DNA of 61,382 bases. Origin: a virus. Below, one piece after another: positions 1-7,309 of this stretch. The position numbers and the translations under genes were made by a program. Numbering within the stretch: position 1 is the stretch's first letter; every line of letters begins with the position of its first letter. The stretch lies in the IMG/VR virus record IMGVR_UViG_3300031673_000041, positions 1-61,382 of that record; one strand, given 5' to 3'. The notes below the pieces were generated by a model, which saw only the letters and a list, made by a program, of their open reading frames with translations, was not told where the DNA came from and made no database searches.

Positions 1-127
1 AAATCGGCTGTGTTGCTCAGTATGAACCAGATGGGATTACACCTTTAACTTGGTATGCTGCAAGTGGAAACAGTTTAGACGGTACGGTTTCGGGAGCGAT
101 TGTGACAAATCCATTATCAAGTCTTAT
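1..127. repeat. terminal overlap identical to 61256..61382 (closure of a circular or circularly permuted genome assembly)
   Basis: bases 1-127 (AAATCGGCTGTGTTGCTCAG...TTATCAAGTCTTAT) recur exactly as the last 127 bases of the window. Confidence 0.95.
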
Positions 128-716
128 GGTAGATGGAACAATTATCTTAAAAGAACAGGCAGAAGCAGATGCAGACAATACGGCTTACGGCCAACTCTGG
201 GTTGATACTGCCACGCCAAACGTATTATATTTTACGGATGATGCGGGAACGGATTGGCAAATTTCCGGACTGACACCTGCTAATACTTTTGTCTGGCACA
301 TTGGCCCAGCGGACTGGGGACATTATCAGGCAACAGAACCTTACCCAAATACGCCAGTTGGATATGTTTATCCTGAAACTACAAACGGATTTATGGTTGC
401 CGGTCTTGATATACCATATCAAATGTATGGCGGAACAGTTGTTCTCGATCAAATTACAATATATTATTCTACGAACGAGGCTGGCGATGATTTTGATTTT
501 GCACTTATCCGAACAGATCAAGATGGTTCAGTTACAATCGATGAAGATCAGGACGATATTGGAAATGGTGGAACTGGATATGCGAGCATAACTTGTTTAG
601 CGGGAGATATTACATTGGCCGACTTTGCTTACTGGGTGGAAATTGATGCAAATAATTGCGATGCCCCAAGCGATATAAATATTTCAGACATAAAATTTGA
701 TGGTCACATAGAATAG
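1..716 (+). CDS. tail fibre / receptor-binding protein, C-terminal part (continuation of 59638..61382 across the junction)
   Basis: Reading frame of 59638.. stays open to 61382. Position 1 = 61256, so codons continue in phase (codon starts at 3, 6...). This is the same frame as track ORF 102..716. Stop TAG at 714-716. Confidence 0.75.
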   Translation, partial: IGCVAQYEPDGITPLTWYAASGNSLDGTVSGAIVTNPLSSLMVDGTIILKEQAEADADNTAYGQLWVDTATPNVLYFTDDAGTDWQISGLTPANTFVWHIGPADWGHYQATEPYPNTPVGYVYPETTNGFMVAGLDIPYQMYGGTVVLDQITIYYSTNEAGDDFDFALIRTDQDGSVTIDEDQDDIGNGGTGYASITCLAGDITLADFAYWVEIDANNCDAPSDINISDIKFDGHIE

Positions 717-725
717 GAGTGATAA

Positions 726-1100
726 ATGAAGCCGATTCCCGCACCACTAAAATCAGACAATAATGGTGGATTTGTGATTCACTTTAAAAGACCAACTGCA
801 AGGGGATTTTTATTGTGCATAACACTGTTTTCAATTGTAATTGGTAGCATCATAGGGGTAGTGGTATATGGTCAAAAGATTGACAATGCAGTCCAGAAGG
901 TTCCAGCAATCGAAGTGCGGGTAGACACTTTAGAGCGAATTGTACAGGCCGAAGCAGATTTCAATAAGGTTATCTTTGAGGCTATTTTAACGGCTGTCGT
1001 ACAAGATACAAGCAATGTTAATGCTATTCTGAGAACGGCTAAAACAATGAAAGATGATCGAATTAAGCAAATTAAAAAACAACAAGCTGATAATAAATAA
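726..1100 (+). CDS. membrane-anchored protein next to the endolysin gene (spanin/holin-accessory candidate)
   Basis: SD GGAGTG upstream. Single TM segment GFLLCITLFSIVIGSIIGVVVY, then a coiled-coil-like tail. Stop overlaps the next start (TAATG). Confidence 0.6.
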   Translation: MKPIPAPLKSDNNGGFVIHFKRPTARGFLLCITLFSIVIGSIIGVVVYGQKIDNAVQKVPAIEVRVDTLERIVQAEADFNKVIFEAILTAVVQDTSNVNAILRTAKTMKDDRIKQIKKQQADNK

Positions 1101-1507
1101 TGCCGAGATTTTCAAAAAAATCAATCGCTATACTTGAAACTTGTCACGAGTTACTTCAGCGATTATTCATGTCGATTATTATTGATATTGATTGTACAGT
1201 CGTCTGGGGATATCGAAATGAGTATTGGCAAAATCTATTTTTTAGTGATGGGAGATCCACGAAAAAATATCCCAATGGGAAACATAATAAAATACCGTCT
1301 GAGGCAGTCGACGTCTACCCATATATTCCCGGACTTGGGATTTCATTTGACATTGGCCAGTGTTATTATTTTGCAGGTCAGGTTGTCGAGCGGGCAAGAC
1401 AGATGGAGATTCCAATTATAACTGGCTCTGATTGGGATAGTGACGGAGATATAAACGATCAAGTGTTAATTGATACTTGCCATTTTCAAATTAATTTCGT
1501 ATATTAA
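1100..1507 (+). CDS. endolysin, peptidase M15 (VanY / L-Ala-D-Glu peptidase-like)
   Basis: Motifs WGYRNE, GKHNKIPSEAVDVYP (H-x6-D zinc site) and DTCHFQI, as in M15 cell-wall peptidases. Flanked by membrane-protein genes. Confidence 0.8.
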   Translation: MPRFSKKSIAILETCHELLQRLFMSIIIDIDCTVVWGYRNEYWQNLFFSDGRSTKKYPNGKHNKIPSEAVDVYPYIPGLGISFDIGQCYYFAGQVVERARQMEIPIITGSDWDSDGDINDQVLIDTCHFQINFVY

Positions 1508-1530
1508 AGTATCAACAAAAAGGAGAAAAC

Positions 1531-1734
1531 ATGAGCATCAGACATGAAGAACAATCACTTAGAAAACATTTGGACATGACATTAGAAGGTATTGATGGTT
1601 TTAGGCAGGCCGTTTTCGAACGTATTAAAAGTGGGGATTGGGAAGAAGAACATATTGAAGAAATAAATAAATTAAGTTTAGAACTAATATTACATGAAGC
1701 TGAATTGTTTAGAATTAAACATTTAACATGGTAA
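1531..1734 (+). CDS. hypothetical protein (67 aa)
   Basis: SD AAAGGAG upstream; charged helical sequence; no motif recognised. Confidence 0.55.
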   Translation: MSIRHEEQSLRKHLDMTLEGIDGFRQAVFERIKSGDWEEEHIEEINKLSLELILHEAELFRIKHLTW

Positions 1735-1766
1735 AATTTTATCATAAAACATAGGAGACATTAGAA

Positions 1767-2156
1767 ATGTTTGAGTCTGTTAAGATGCGAGGCTTGCCGA
1801 GACTGTCCTATATGGTTGCCGGGAAGATTGTTCGGTTACCAGTGCAGCCGACCGGGAAAATAATTTATAAGGTTGGTTTCTTTAATAAGGCGAAAGTCTA
1901 TGCAAGCAGGGCGTGGAAATGGGTTGACGGGAAGAAGTTAATTTTCGGAGGAGCTGCGGTTATTATTGCAGAAACTTGTTTGACGGGTGGAGCGAGTTTA
2001 TTGGTTCAGGGAGTCGGGTATGCTCTCGCCACAACGGGTGCCGTGCATGGGGGCATTAAACTAACGAAGGGCGAGGGAAAAGTATCGTGGGAAATTATCG
2101 TTATGAAGATAATCGAATTCATTAAAGACATTATTAAATATCTCGGAAAGGAGTAA
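1767..2156 (+). CDS. membrane protein, holin candidate
   Basis: SD TAGGAGA upstream; hydrophobic stretch LIFGGAAVIIAETCLTGGASLLVQGVGYALATTGAV. Confidence 0.55.
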   Translation: MFESVKMRGLPRLSYMVAGKIVRLPVQPTGKIIYKVGFFNKAKVYASRAWKWVDGKKLIFGGAAVIIAETCLTGGASLLVQGVGYALATTGAVHGGIKLTKGEGKVSWEIIVMKIIEFIKDIIKYLGKE

Positions 2157-2159
2157 ATC

Positions 2160-2510
2160 ATGAAATTAATCGATCTTTTAAAAGGGAAGAAAACCTATTT
2201 GATCGCTTTGGTGTTTCTCGTTCTGGTAGCTATACCACTGGTTACCGGCAAAGTAATCCCCGAACAGGTATATGGCATACTGGCCGGACTCGGATTGGCA
2301 TTTTTCAGATTGGCTATTCAGAAAGTATCGGAGAATAAAGGATGGCGCACCTATGCTGCCGCTGTACTTACAATCGCAATATCGCTTGTCACGGCTCTCG
2401 GCGTTGTCGTACCGCCCTCTATTGTAGACATGGTCTACGGAATAGCGACCGTGCTTGGGATTGTCGGCGTCAGGAAAGCCGTTGCGGATCTTATGCCCGC
2501 TATGCACTAA
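2160..2510 (+). CDS. multi-pass membrane protein, holin candidate
   Basis: SD AAGGAG upstream. About four hydrophobic segments (YLIALVFLVLVAIPLV, VYGILAGLGLAFF, AAAVLTIAISLVTALGVVV, VYGIATVLGIVGV). Last gene before a terminator. Confidence 0.6.
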   Translation: MKLIDLLKGKKTYLIALVFLVLVAIPLVTGKVIPEQVYGILAGLGLAFFRLAIQKVSENKGWRTYAAAVLTIAISLVTALGVVVPPSIVDMVYGIATVLGIVGVRKAVADLMPAMH

Positions 2511-2540
2511 TATAATAACACTCCTCAACTCCCCCTATGT

Positions 2541-2580
2541 AAGCGGAGATCGGTTTCATGCGCCGGTTTCCGCTTTTCCT
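2541..2580 (+). terminator. rho-independent terminator candidate ending the late/lysis transcript
   Basis: AAGCGGA (2541-2547) pairs with TCCGCTT (2569-2575), with inner CGG/CCG pairs, followed by TTTTCCT. Confidence 0.5.
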
Positions 2581-2888
2581 ATTATAATAAAATAGGTTTT
2601 GATTCTACAGATCAATAAAAACAATAACTTATGGTAACTTTTTTAAATTAAAATAATAAAATATAGCTTAAAATTATTTGTACCATATAACTTATTAATA
2701 ATACTTAATTTAATAACTATAGCAATCTTTGATTTAAGCGATTATTTATTACATGGCTATATATTACTATGACTCATCGACATAATATCGCTTAGACGGG
2801 CTTACATAAAGAAAAATATAAGTGACTTTTTTAAAAAAACAAGAGGGTTAACAATATAAAACTATTTTAAAAATAAATAAAAAAAGAC

Positions 2889-2917
2889 TTGACTTTTAAA
2901 ATATAATTAATTATATT
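2889..2917 (+). promoter_or_regulatory. sigma70-type promoter, copy 1 of a 4-copy cassette
   Basis: TTGACT (2889-2894), 17-nt spacer, TATATT (2912-2917). A-tract AAAAATAAATAAAAAAA lies upstream and AATTAAT abuts the -10. Confidence 0.7.
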
Positions 2918-2963
2918 ATAAGTGCGATGAGAAACCAAGACAACATAAAAAGAGGGTGTAATC

Positions 2964-3224
2964 ATGAAAGCAATTAAAGATTTTTATCAAACAGTCGAGG
3001 GATTGGATGGAACTGATTATGCAATTTTTTACAAAAATGAAAATACGGAATATGTTGAGATTGGAGACAAACTTATTACCCCGCAGGGCGTAGAGGCTAT
3101 CGTAACAAAATTGTATTACAACAAAGACATTGGTGCGATTTTTGTTCAAGCTGATAACGACCAAAAGATTAACGCAAGCAAACTTAACAAAATGATTGCA
3201 GCCGGACAGATAACAATTAAATAG
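2964..3224 (+). CDS. hypothetical protein (86 aa)
   Basis: first ORF after promoter copy 1; SD AGAGGG upstream. Confidence 0.65.
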   Translation: MKAIKDFYQTVEGLDGTDYAIFYKNENTEYVEIGDKLITPQGVEAIVTKLYYNKDIGAIFVQADNDQKINASKLNKMIAAGQITIK

Positions 3225-3236
3225 AGGATTAAAACA

Positions 3237-3389
3237 ATGAACACATTAAAGACAAGAAACCAAGCCGTAAAAGACGTACAGAACAATAAGATTACGCCAA
3301 GCGAATACTGGACGATCCTGAAATCAACATGGACGCAAATGACTGATGAAGAAAAAAGGGATGAGTTTGCTAAAATTAGCTATAGATGA
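3237..3389 (+). CDS. hypothetical protein (50 aa)
   Basis: ATG 3237 preceded by TAGAGGA; below the track's size cutoff; fills the gap exactly. Confidence 0.5.
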   Translation: MNTLKTRNQAVKDVQNNKITPSEYWTILKSTWTQMTDEEKRDEFAKISYR

Positions 3390-3424
3390 TAAAACAAGAC
3401 AACATAAATAGAGGAGAAAAAGCC

Positions 3425-3610
3425 ATGAAAGATAACATGAATCCTGATTTTATTTTTCAGTCAACAGATACGAGTTTATTGTATAAGATAAGCAGGGGTG
3501 ATCTTGACCCCGTTAAATCTGCCAAGAAAGAACTGGCGAGCAGGGGACTTGGATTGAATTGTGAGTGGGTTGGATTTAATAATGCAAAAAAAGTTCATGG
3601 ATTAATTTAA
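3425..3610 (+). CDS. hypothetical protein (61 aa)
   Basis: internal ATG of track ORF 3386..3610, preceded by AGAGGAG and by the conserved leader motif. Confidence 0.55.
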   Translation: MKDNMNPDFIFQSTDTSLLYKISRGDLDPVKSAKKELASRGLGLNCEWVGFNNAKKVHGLI

Positions 3611-3637
3611 TAAGTATAGAATAGAGGAGGATTAATC

Positions 3638-3859
3638 GTGAAGACGTGGGAAGCTCAATTAGAATTAGGCGGATTAGACTTGACAAGAAAGGATAAAAAA
3701 AATCAAATGTGTCGTGTATGTGGTTTACATTTTCAAATGGGATCTGCATTAGGTAGACACATTGACAATAAACATTCAGACGAATGGATTGAGATAAGAC
3801 ATGCAAGCATTTGTAATCGTAAACCAGAAATAACATTATTGCCAGAAAGAATTGGATAG
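3638..3859 (+). CDS. C2H2-type zinc-finger protein
   Basis: GTG start after AGAGGAGG; CRVCGLHFQMGSALGRHIDNKH = C-x2-C-x12-H-x5-H. Confidence 0.55.
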   Translation: MKTWEAQLELGGLDLTRKDKKNQMCRVCGLHFQMGSALGRHIDNKHSDEWIEIRHASICNRKPEITLLPERIG

Positions 3860-3872
3860 AGGAGAATTAATC

Positions 3873-4004
3873 ATGAAAGATTGCAAAAACAGAGAACATA
3901 AAAAACCGTGTAGTAAAAATGACCAGTGTAAGTATTGTGGAAAATCGACCTGCTCGGCCAATTATGCTTATCATGTCTGTATAAGAAAAATGGACTTATT
4001 ATGA
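3873..4004 (+). CDS. small Cys-rich protein (43 aa)
   Basis: ATG after AGAGGAG; six Cys incl. CKYCGKSTC; stop overlaps the next start (ATGA). Confidence 0.5.
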   Translation: MKDCKNREHKKPCSKNDQCKYCGKSTCSANYAYHVCIRKMDLL

Positions 4005-4165
4005 AATTCTATTACATCACATACAGGATAGACGGAGTTGATCGAATAAGGTGGATTTCATCCGCAGACTTCCACGACTTTATAGTTCATGAAGGGGTTG
4101 AGCTTTTAGGAAAGTCCAGAGCGTTCACAAGAAAGCAAAAGAATCAACTTATTAAGGGAGGATGA
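4001..4165 (+). CDS. hypothetical protein (54 aa)
   Basis: ATGA overlap with the upstream CDS; internal start of track ORF 3935..4165. Confidence 0.5.
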   Translation: MKFYYITYRIDGVDRIRWISSADFHDFIVHEGVELLGKSRAFTRKQKNQLIKGG

Positions 4166-4166
4166 G

Positions 4167-4355
4167 ATGGAAAAGATTGAATTTTGGACAGAGTTAGAAT
4201 CGGGCGAAAAACAAGTTGTGCAAGACGGGTTTTTTATACGCAACGACTTGTTTAAGTTCTTTGAAAAGTTAGAAGAGTCTGGACGTAAACCAGTGGGGAT
4301 TAGGTTTGACGGTTCTTGGAATTTAGAAATTATTTGTACTGTTCCGGTAAAATAA
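4167..4355 (+). CDS. hypothetical protein (62 aa)
   Basis: SD GGGAGGATGAG immediately upstream. Confidence 0.6.
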   Translation: MEKIEFWTELESGEKQVVQDGFFIRNDLFKFFEKLEESGRKPVGIRFDGSWNLEIICTVPVK

Positions 4356-4357
4356 TT

Positions 4358-4522
4358 ATGATCCAAAGAAACGAAATAGACTGGAAAGTATTTCTAAGAA
4401 CTCCGAGAGGAACAACCATTCCAGTTATCCAGAAAGCACTCGACAGTGAGATTGCCCGAATCCTTGTAGACTTTCATTACAAAGAAGTCGGATGCAAATC
4501 ATTTTACGCAGAAGCAATTTAG
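4358..4522 (+). CDS. hypothetical protein (54 aa)
   Basis: ATG 3 nt after the upstream stop; internal start of track ORF 4316..4522. Confidence 0.5.
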   Translation: MIQRNEIDWKVFLRTPRGTTIPVIQKALDSEIARILVDFHYKEVGCKSFYAEAI

Positions 4523-4531
4523 GAGGATGAG

Positions 4532-4843
4532 ATGAACAAAGAAACATTATTAAAACTGGTCGAACTGCAGAAAGAAGTCAAGAAAATGCAGGATCAAAAG
4601 ATTATTATGCACATGAATATTGGCGACAGTACAGAGGGAGTTTTTCTTTTCGCAAAACACTTTATTGACATTGTTAAGCAATTGGATTTAGAGTTCAAAT
4701 ACGTTGCCATGAATGGAGGTTTCAAAGTATATGAATTCATTTATGACGGCAGCCGATTTTACGCGCTCTGCACTCAGTGTGAAGCAGACAATTTGGAAGC
4801 AAAACCTATTCGCAGAAATGCAAATACTATCCACACAAATTAA
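4532..4843 (+). CDS. hypothetical protein (103 aa)
   Basis: SD TAGGAGGATGAG upstream. Confidence 0.65.
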   Translation: MNKETLLKLVELQKEVKKMQDQKIIMHMNIGDSTEGVFLFAKHFIDIVKQLDLEFKYVAMNGGFKVYEFIYDGSRFYALCTQCEADNLEAKPIRRNANTIHTN

Positions 4844-4855
4844 GGGATCAAAACG

Positions 4856-5089
4856 ATGCTTAAAAAAATAACTATTGAAGAGCGGAAAATAATCGACAAA
4901 GCGGAAGCCGAAGATTTGGCGGAACGAATAGAAGAACTGCACGACCTTTCATTGCCTAAAAATCGGGAAACATATTGGAGCTACTGGGAGCCAGAAGATC
5001 AAACAACTGAAGACAGAGCCGATGCTGAATTGGACTTTCAGGATAGAATGTTCGAACAGGCAAAAGCAGAGAACAGGGGAGAAATTTAA
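4856..5089 (+). CDS. hypothetical acidic protein (77 aa)
   Basis: SD AAGGGA upstream; acidic helical sequence. Confidence 0.6.
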   Translation: MLKKITIEERKIIDKAEAEDLAERIEELHDLSLPKNRETYWSYWEPEDQTTEDRADAELDFQDRMFEQAKAENRGEI

Positions 5090-5107
5090 CAGTAGGAGGA
5101 TGAGAAG

Positions 5108-5290
5108 ATGAAACAGCGTTGCACTATCCGTGAGAAACTTGAAGAAACAAGGCATCTTTCAATTTACATTAATGGCTCAGAAGGTATAGAGATTTGTCAT
5201 TTTTGTGAGATGATGGTTGTTAATTTCCTGCAGAGATTAATGGATTTTGAGAGCAGGATTAAGATGAACTTTTATAAAAAAGTTAAGTGA
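5108..5290 (+). CDS. hypothetical protein (60 aa)
   Basis: SD TAGGAGGATGAGAAG upstream (same cassette as at 5293). Confidence 0.6.
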   Translation: MKQRCTIREKLEETRHLSIYINGSEGIEICHFCEMMVVNFLQRLMDFESRIKMNFYKKVK

Positions 5291-5308
5291 TCATAGGAGG
5301 ATGAGAAG

Positions 5309-5545
5309 ATGAAATTAAGCGAAATTAAAACAGGTGAAATTTTTACGATTGGTGAAACGCCAACATATCCAAAACTTAGAACAGATTATGGCTATATCGA
5401 CATGAGAGATGAAATTAAAAAGGAATGCAATTCATTGCCGTGGGAATTAAGGTTAATGACTCATGAGGAACTTGTGGAAAAAGCACCATACGAAATTACT
5501 TTAGAAGAAATCACATCTTGGATAAATGAACTTCTGGATATTTAA
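5309..5545 (+). CDS. hypothetical protein (78 aa)
   Basis: SD TAGGAGGATGAGAAG upstream. Confidence 0.65.
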   Translation: MKLSEIKTGEIFTIGETPTYPKLRTDYGYIDMRDEIKKECNSLPWELRLMTHEELVEKAPYEITLEEITSWINELLDI

Positions 5546-5686
5546 ATGAAACTCCACTTCCACAACCTCAAACCGCATGAACGATTTTTAGCATTAATGA
5601 CTTTTGCGATTATGTGTTTTATACTTTGGATTGTGAATATTTTGAAACTTATAGGTGAGACGTTATGCAAATCATTAAATACATAG
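5546..5686 (+). CDS. small membrane protein (46 aa)
   Basis: ATG directly after the upstream TAA; TM segment FLALMTFAIMCFILWIVNIL. Confidence 0.45.
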   Translation: MKLHFHNLKPHERFLALMTFAIMCFILWIVNILKLIGETLCKSLNT

Positions 5687-5844
5687 ACAAGGACGACAGA
5701 GAACACAGGGTGTATTTTGTGAGCAAATCTGGTAATACATTTTCCCTAAGTCATCACCCAGATGGTAAACCAATATTCACGGTACGCAAATCTAAAATCA
5801 AAAGTTTTGACATTAAGGAGAAACGAACCATGATGTTGGAATAG
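5665..5844 (+). CDS. hypothetical protein (59 aa)
   Basis: ATG after AGGTGAGA; overlaps the end of the previous small CDS. Confidence 0.5.
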   Translation: MQIIKYIDKDDREHRVYFVSKSGNTFSLSHHPDGKPIFTVRKSKIKSFDIKEKRTMMLE

Positions 5845-5866
5845 TTAAAAATAAATAAAATATATC

Positions 5867-5895
5867 TTGTTTTTTAAAGTAAAATTAATTATATT
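5867..5895 (+). promoter_or_regulatory. sigma70-type promoter, copy 2 of the cassette
   Basis: TTGTTT (5867-5872), 17 nt, TATATT (5890-5895); AAAAATAAATAAAA upstream; AATTAAT abuts the -10. Confidence 0.65.
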
Positions 5896-5942
5896 ATGGT
5901 AGGCATGAAACCTAAAAAACAAAATTCGAAAGGGGAAAAGCG

Positions 5943-6110
5943 ATGACTGAAGATTCATATGATGAGTTAGAGGGGTTAGGATTTATTACGTGCGGAGTAT
6001 GTGAAGATCGGTGTCCGCCAGGTCACATGAGCGATACCTGCACGGCAGACGGTGATCGAGTTTGCATGGCTTGTGAAGAGGATTTTCCAGTATTAAAATT
6101 AACAGCATGA
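5943..6110 (+). CDS. small Cys-rich zinc-binding protein (55 aa)
   Basis: SD AAAGGGGAAAAG upstream; CGVCEDRC ... CMAC. Confidence 0.5.
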   Translation: MTEDSYDELEGLGFITCGVCEDRCPPGHMSDTCTADGDRVCMACEEDFPVLKLTA

Positions 6111-6121
6111 AGGGAGGAGGA

Positions 6122-6907
6122 ATGAATCAATATATTATAAATGAAAAGATCGGACTGATTGAATTGTTTGATGAAAGATGGTATCAGGTTCCTGATCCCC
6201 AAAACGAGAATCAGTTTCTTGACATTCCCGGAGTTACTACATATCTTGAGGTATATCCAAAAGGTTATGCGTTCAAACAATGGTTAAAACAAGTAGGATT
6301 TAATGCAGAAAATATTACGAACCAAGCGGGTAATTTCGGAAGCAATTTCCACGACTACATAGAGAGATTCCTGAAAAAGGAAACTGTTTTGTATGATAAC
6401 TTTAAAGATGTTGAACTTTGGAAACGGTTTATGATATGGATAGATTTTTGGACTGATCTAAAAACAAAATATATTATAACCTACCAGCCGGGATGGATTG
6501 AAACTATTGTATATGATCTTGCCGACAAGAAAAGACCGCCTTATGCTGGACGCCGAGATTTACGTCTTGAACTTACCGATAAAAAAACAAAAGAAAAAAA
6601 GAATGTAATCATCGATTGGAAGTCAGGAAATTATATTGGTGACGCAGCAGAACTCCAAATCTCCGCCTATGCAAAAGCAGAGGGGAAAATGATTGGGAAG
6701 GATATTGACGAAGGATGGATTGCATGGTTTCCTGCAAAAAAACCAAACAAAACCGGATATAAAATTGTTGTTAGAACGAAGGAGGAAATGGATGCGGACT
6801 TTCAGGACTTTATACATACTCAAAAGATATGGCTAAGAGATCACGGCAATGAAAAACCCAAATATAAGACATTGCCATTACAACTTAACATTAAAGATTT
6901 AAAGTAG
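6122..6907 (+). CDS. PD-(D/E)XK exonuclease (RecB/Cas4/lambda-Exo-like fold)
   Basis: ATG after GGGAGGAGG. GRRDL ... VIIDWKSG (D..D-x-K) followed by ELQISAYA (QxxxY), typical of this nuclease superfamily. Confidence 0.7.
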   Translation: MNQYIINEKIGLIELFDERWYQVPDPQNENQFLDIPGVTTYLEVYPKGYAFKQWLKQVGFNAENITNQAGNFGSNFHDYIERFLKKETVLYDNFKDVELWKRFMIWIDFWTDLKTKYIITYQPGWIETIVYDLADKKRPPYAGRRDLRLELTDKKTKEKKNVIIDWKSGNYIGDAAELQISAYAKAEGKMIGKDIDEGWIAWFPAKKPNKTGYKIVVRTKEEMDADFQDFIHTQKIWLRDHGNEKPKYKTLPLQLNIKDLK

Positions 6908-6919
6908 GAGGAACAAATC

Positions 6920-7306
6920 ATGATAGACTACATTGTAACAAAACAAATCGGAGACAAGAAACATACGTTTGTGGTACGCGGGAACAACCTTTGGGAATTA
7001 ATGATGGAGGCAAAAAAACTATCTTTTAATTATATCCCGCACTGTGGGTTGTGTGAAAGTGAACGTCTTTATTGGTCTGCCTATGAAACCAAAATAGACA
7101 AGTTTAAATATGTCAAGTTGGTTTGCATGAACTGTAAAGCATCGTTGACATTTGGAAATAAAAAAGAAGATCCTGACACTTATTATCCGAGACGAAACGA
7201 AAAGAAAGAATATGATTGGAAGGCATACGAAGCACCGACCACAACAGAAAAACCACAAGCTGAGCAACAGCCAGAACCTAAAGATTATGATGACTTACCG
7301 TTTTAA
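6920..7306 (+). CDS. zinc-ribbon protein with SSB-like acidic C-terminal tip (candidate ssDNA-binding / recombination partner)
   Basis: SD TAGGAGGA upstream; CGLCES ... CMNCKAS; P/Q/E-rich linker, then a terminal DYDDLPF. Confidence 0.5.
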   Translation: MIDYIVTKQIGDKKHTFVVRGNNLWELMMEAKKLSFNYIPHCGLCESERLYWSAYETKIDKFKYVKLVCMNCKASLTFGNKKEDPDTYYPRRNEKKEYDWKAYEAPTTTEKPQAEQQPEPKDYDDLPF

Positions 7307-7309
7307 TCA

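Noticed and set aside
1-127. The 127-bp terminal repeat as a biological direct terminal repeat
   Set aside because: It lies in the middle of the tail-fibre coding sequence and joins the two halves in frame. Its length equals a common maximum assembler k-mer. Circular closure of a permuted genome is the simpler reading, but it needs read-level confirmation.
3367-3395. Promoter for the third copy of the conserved leader (TTGCTA, 17 nt, TAAAAC)
   Set aside because: The -10 candidate lacks the invariant final T, and the A-tract/AATTAAT context of the four-copy cassette is absent.
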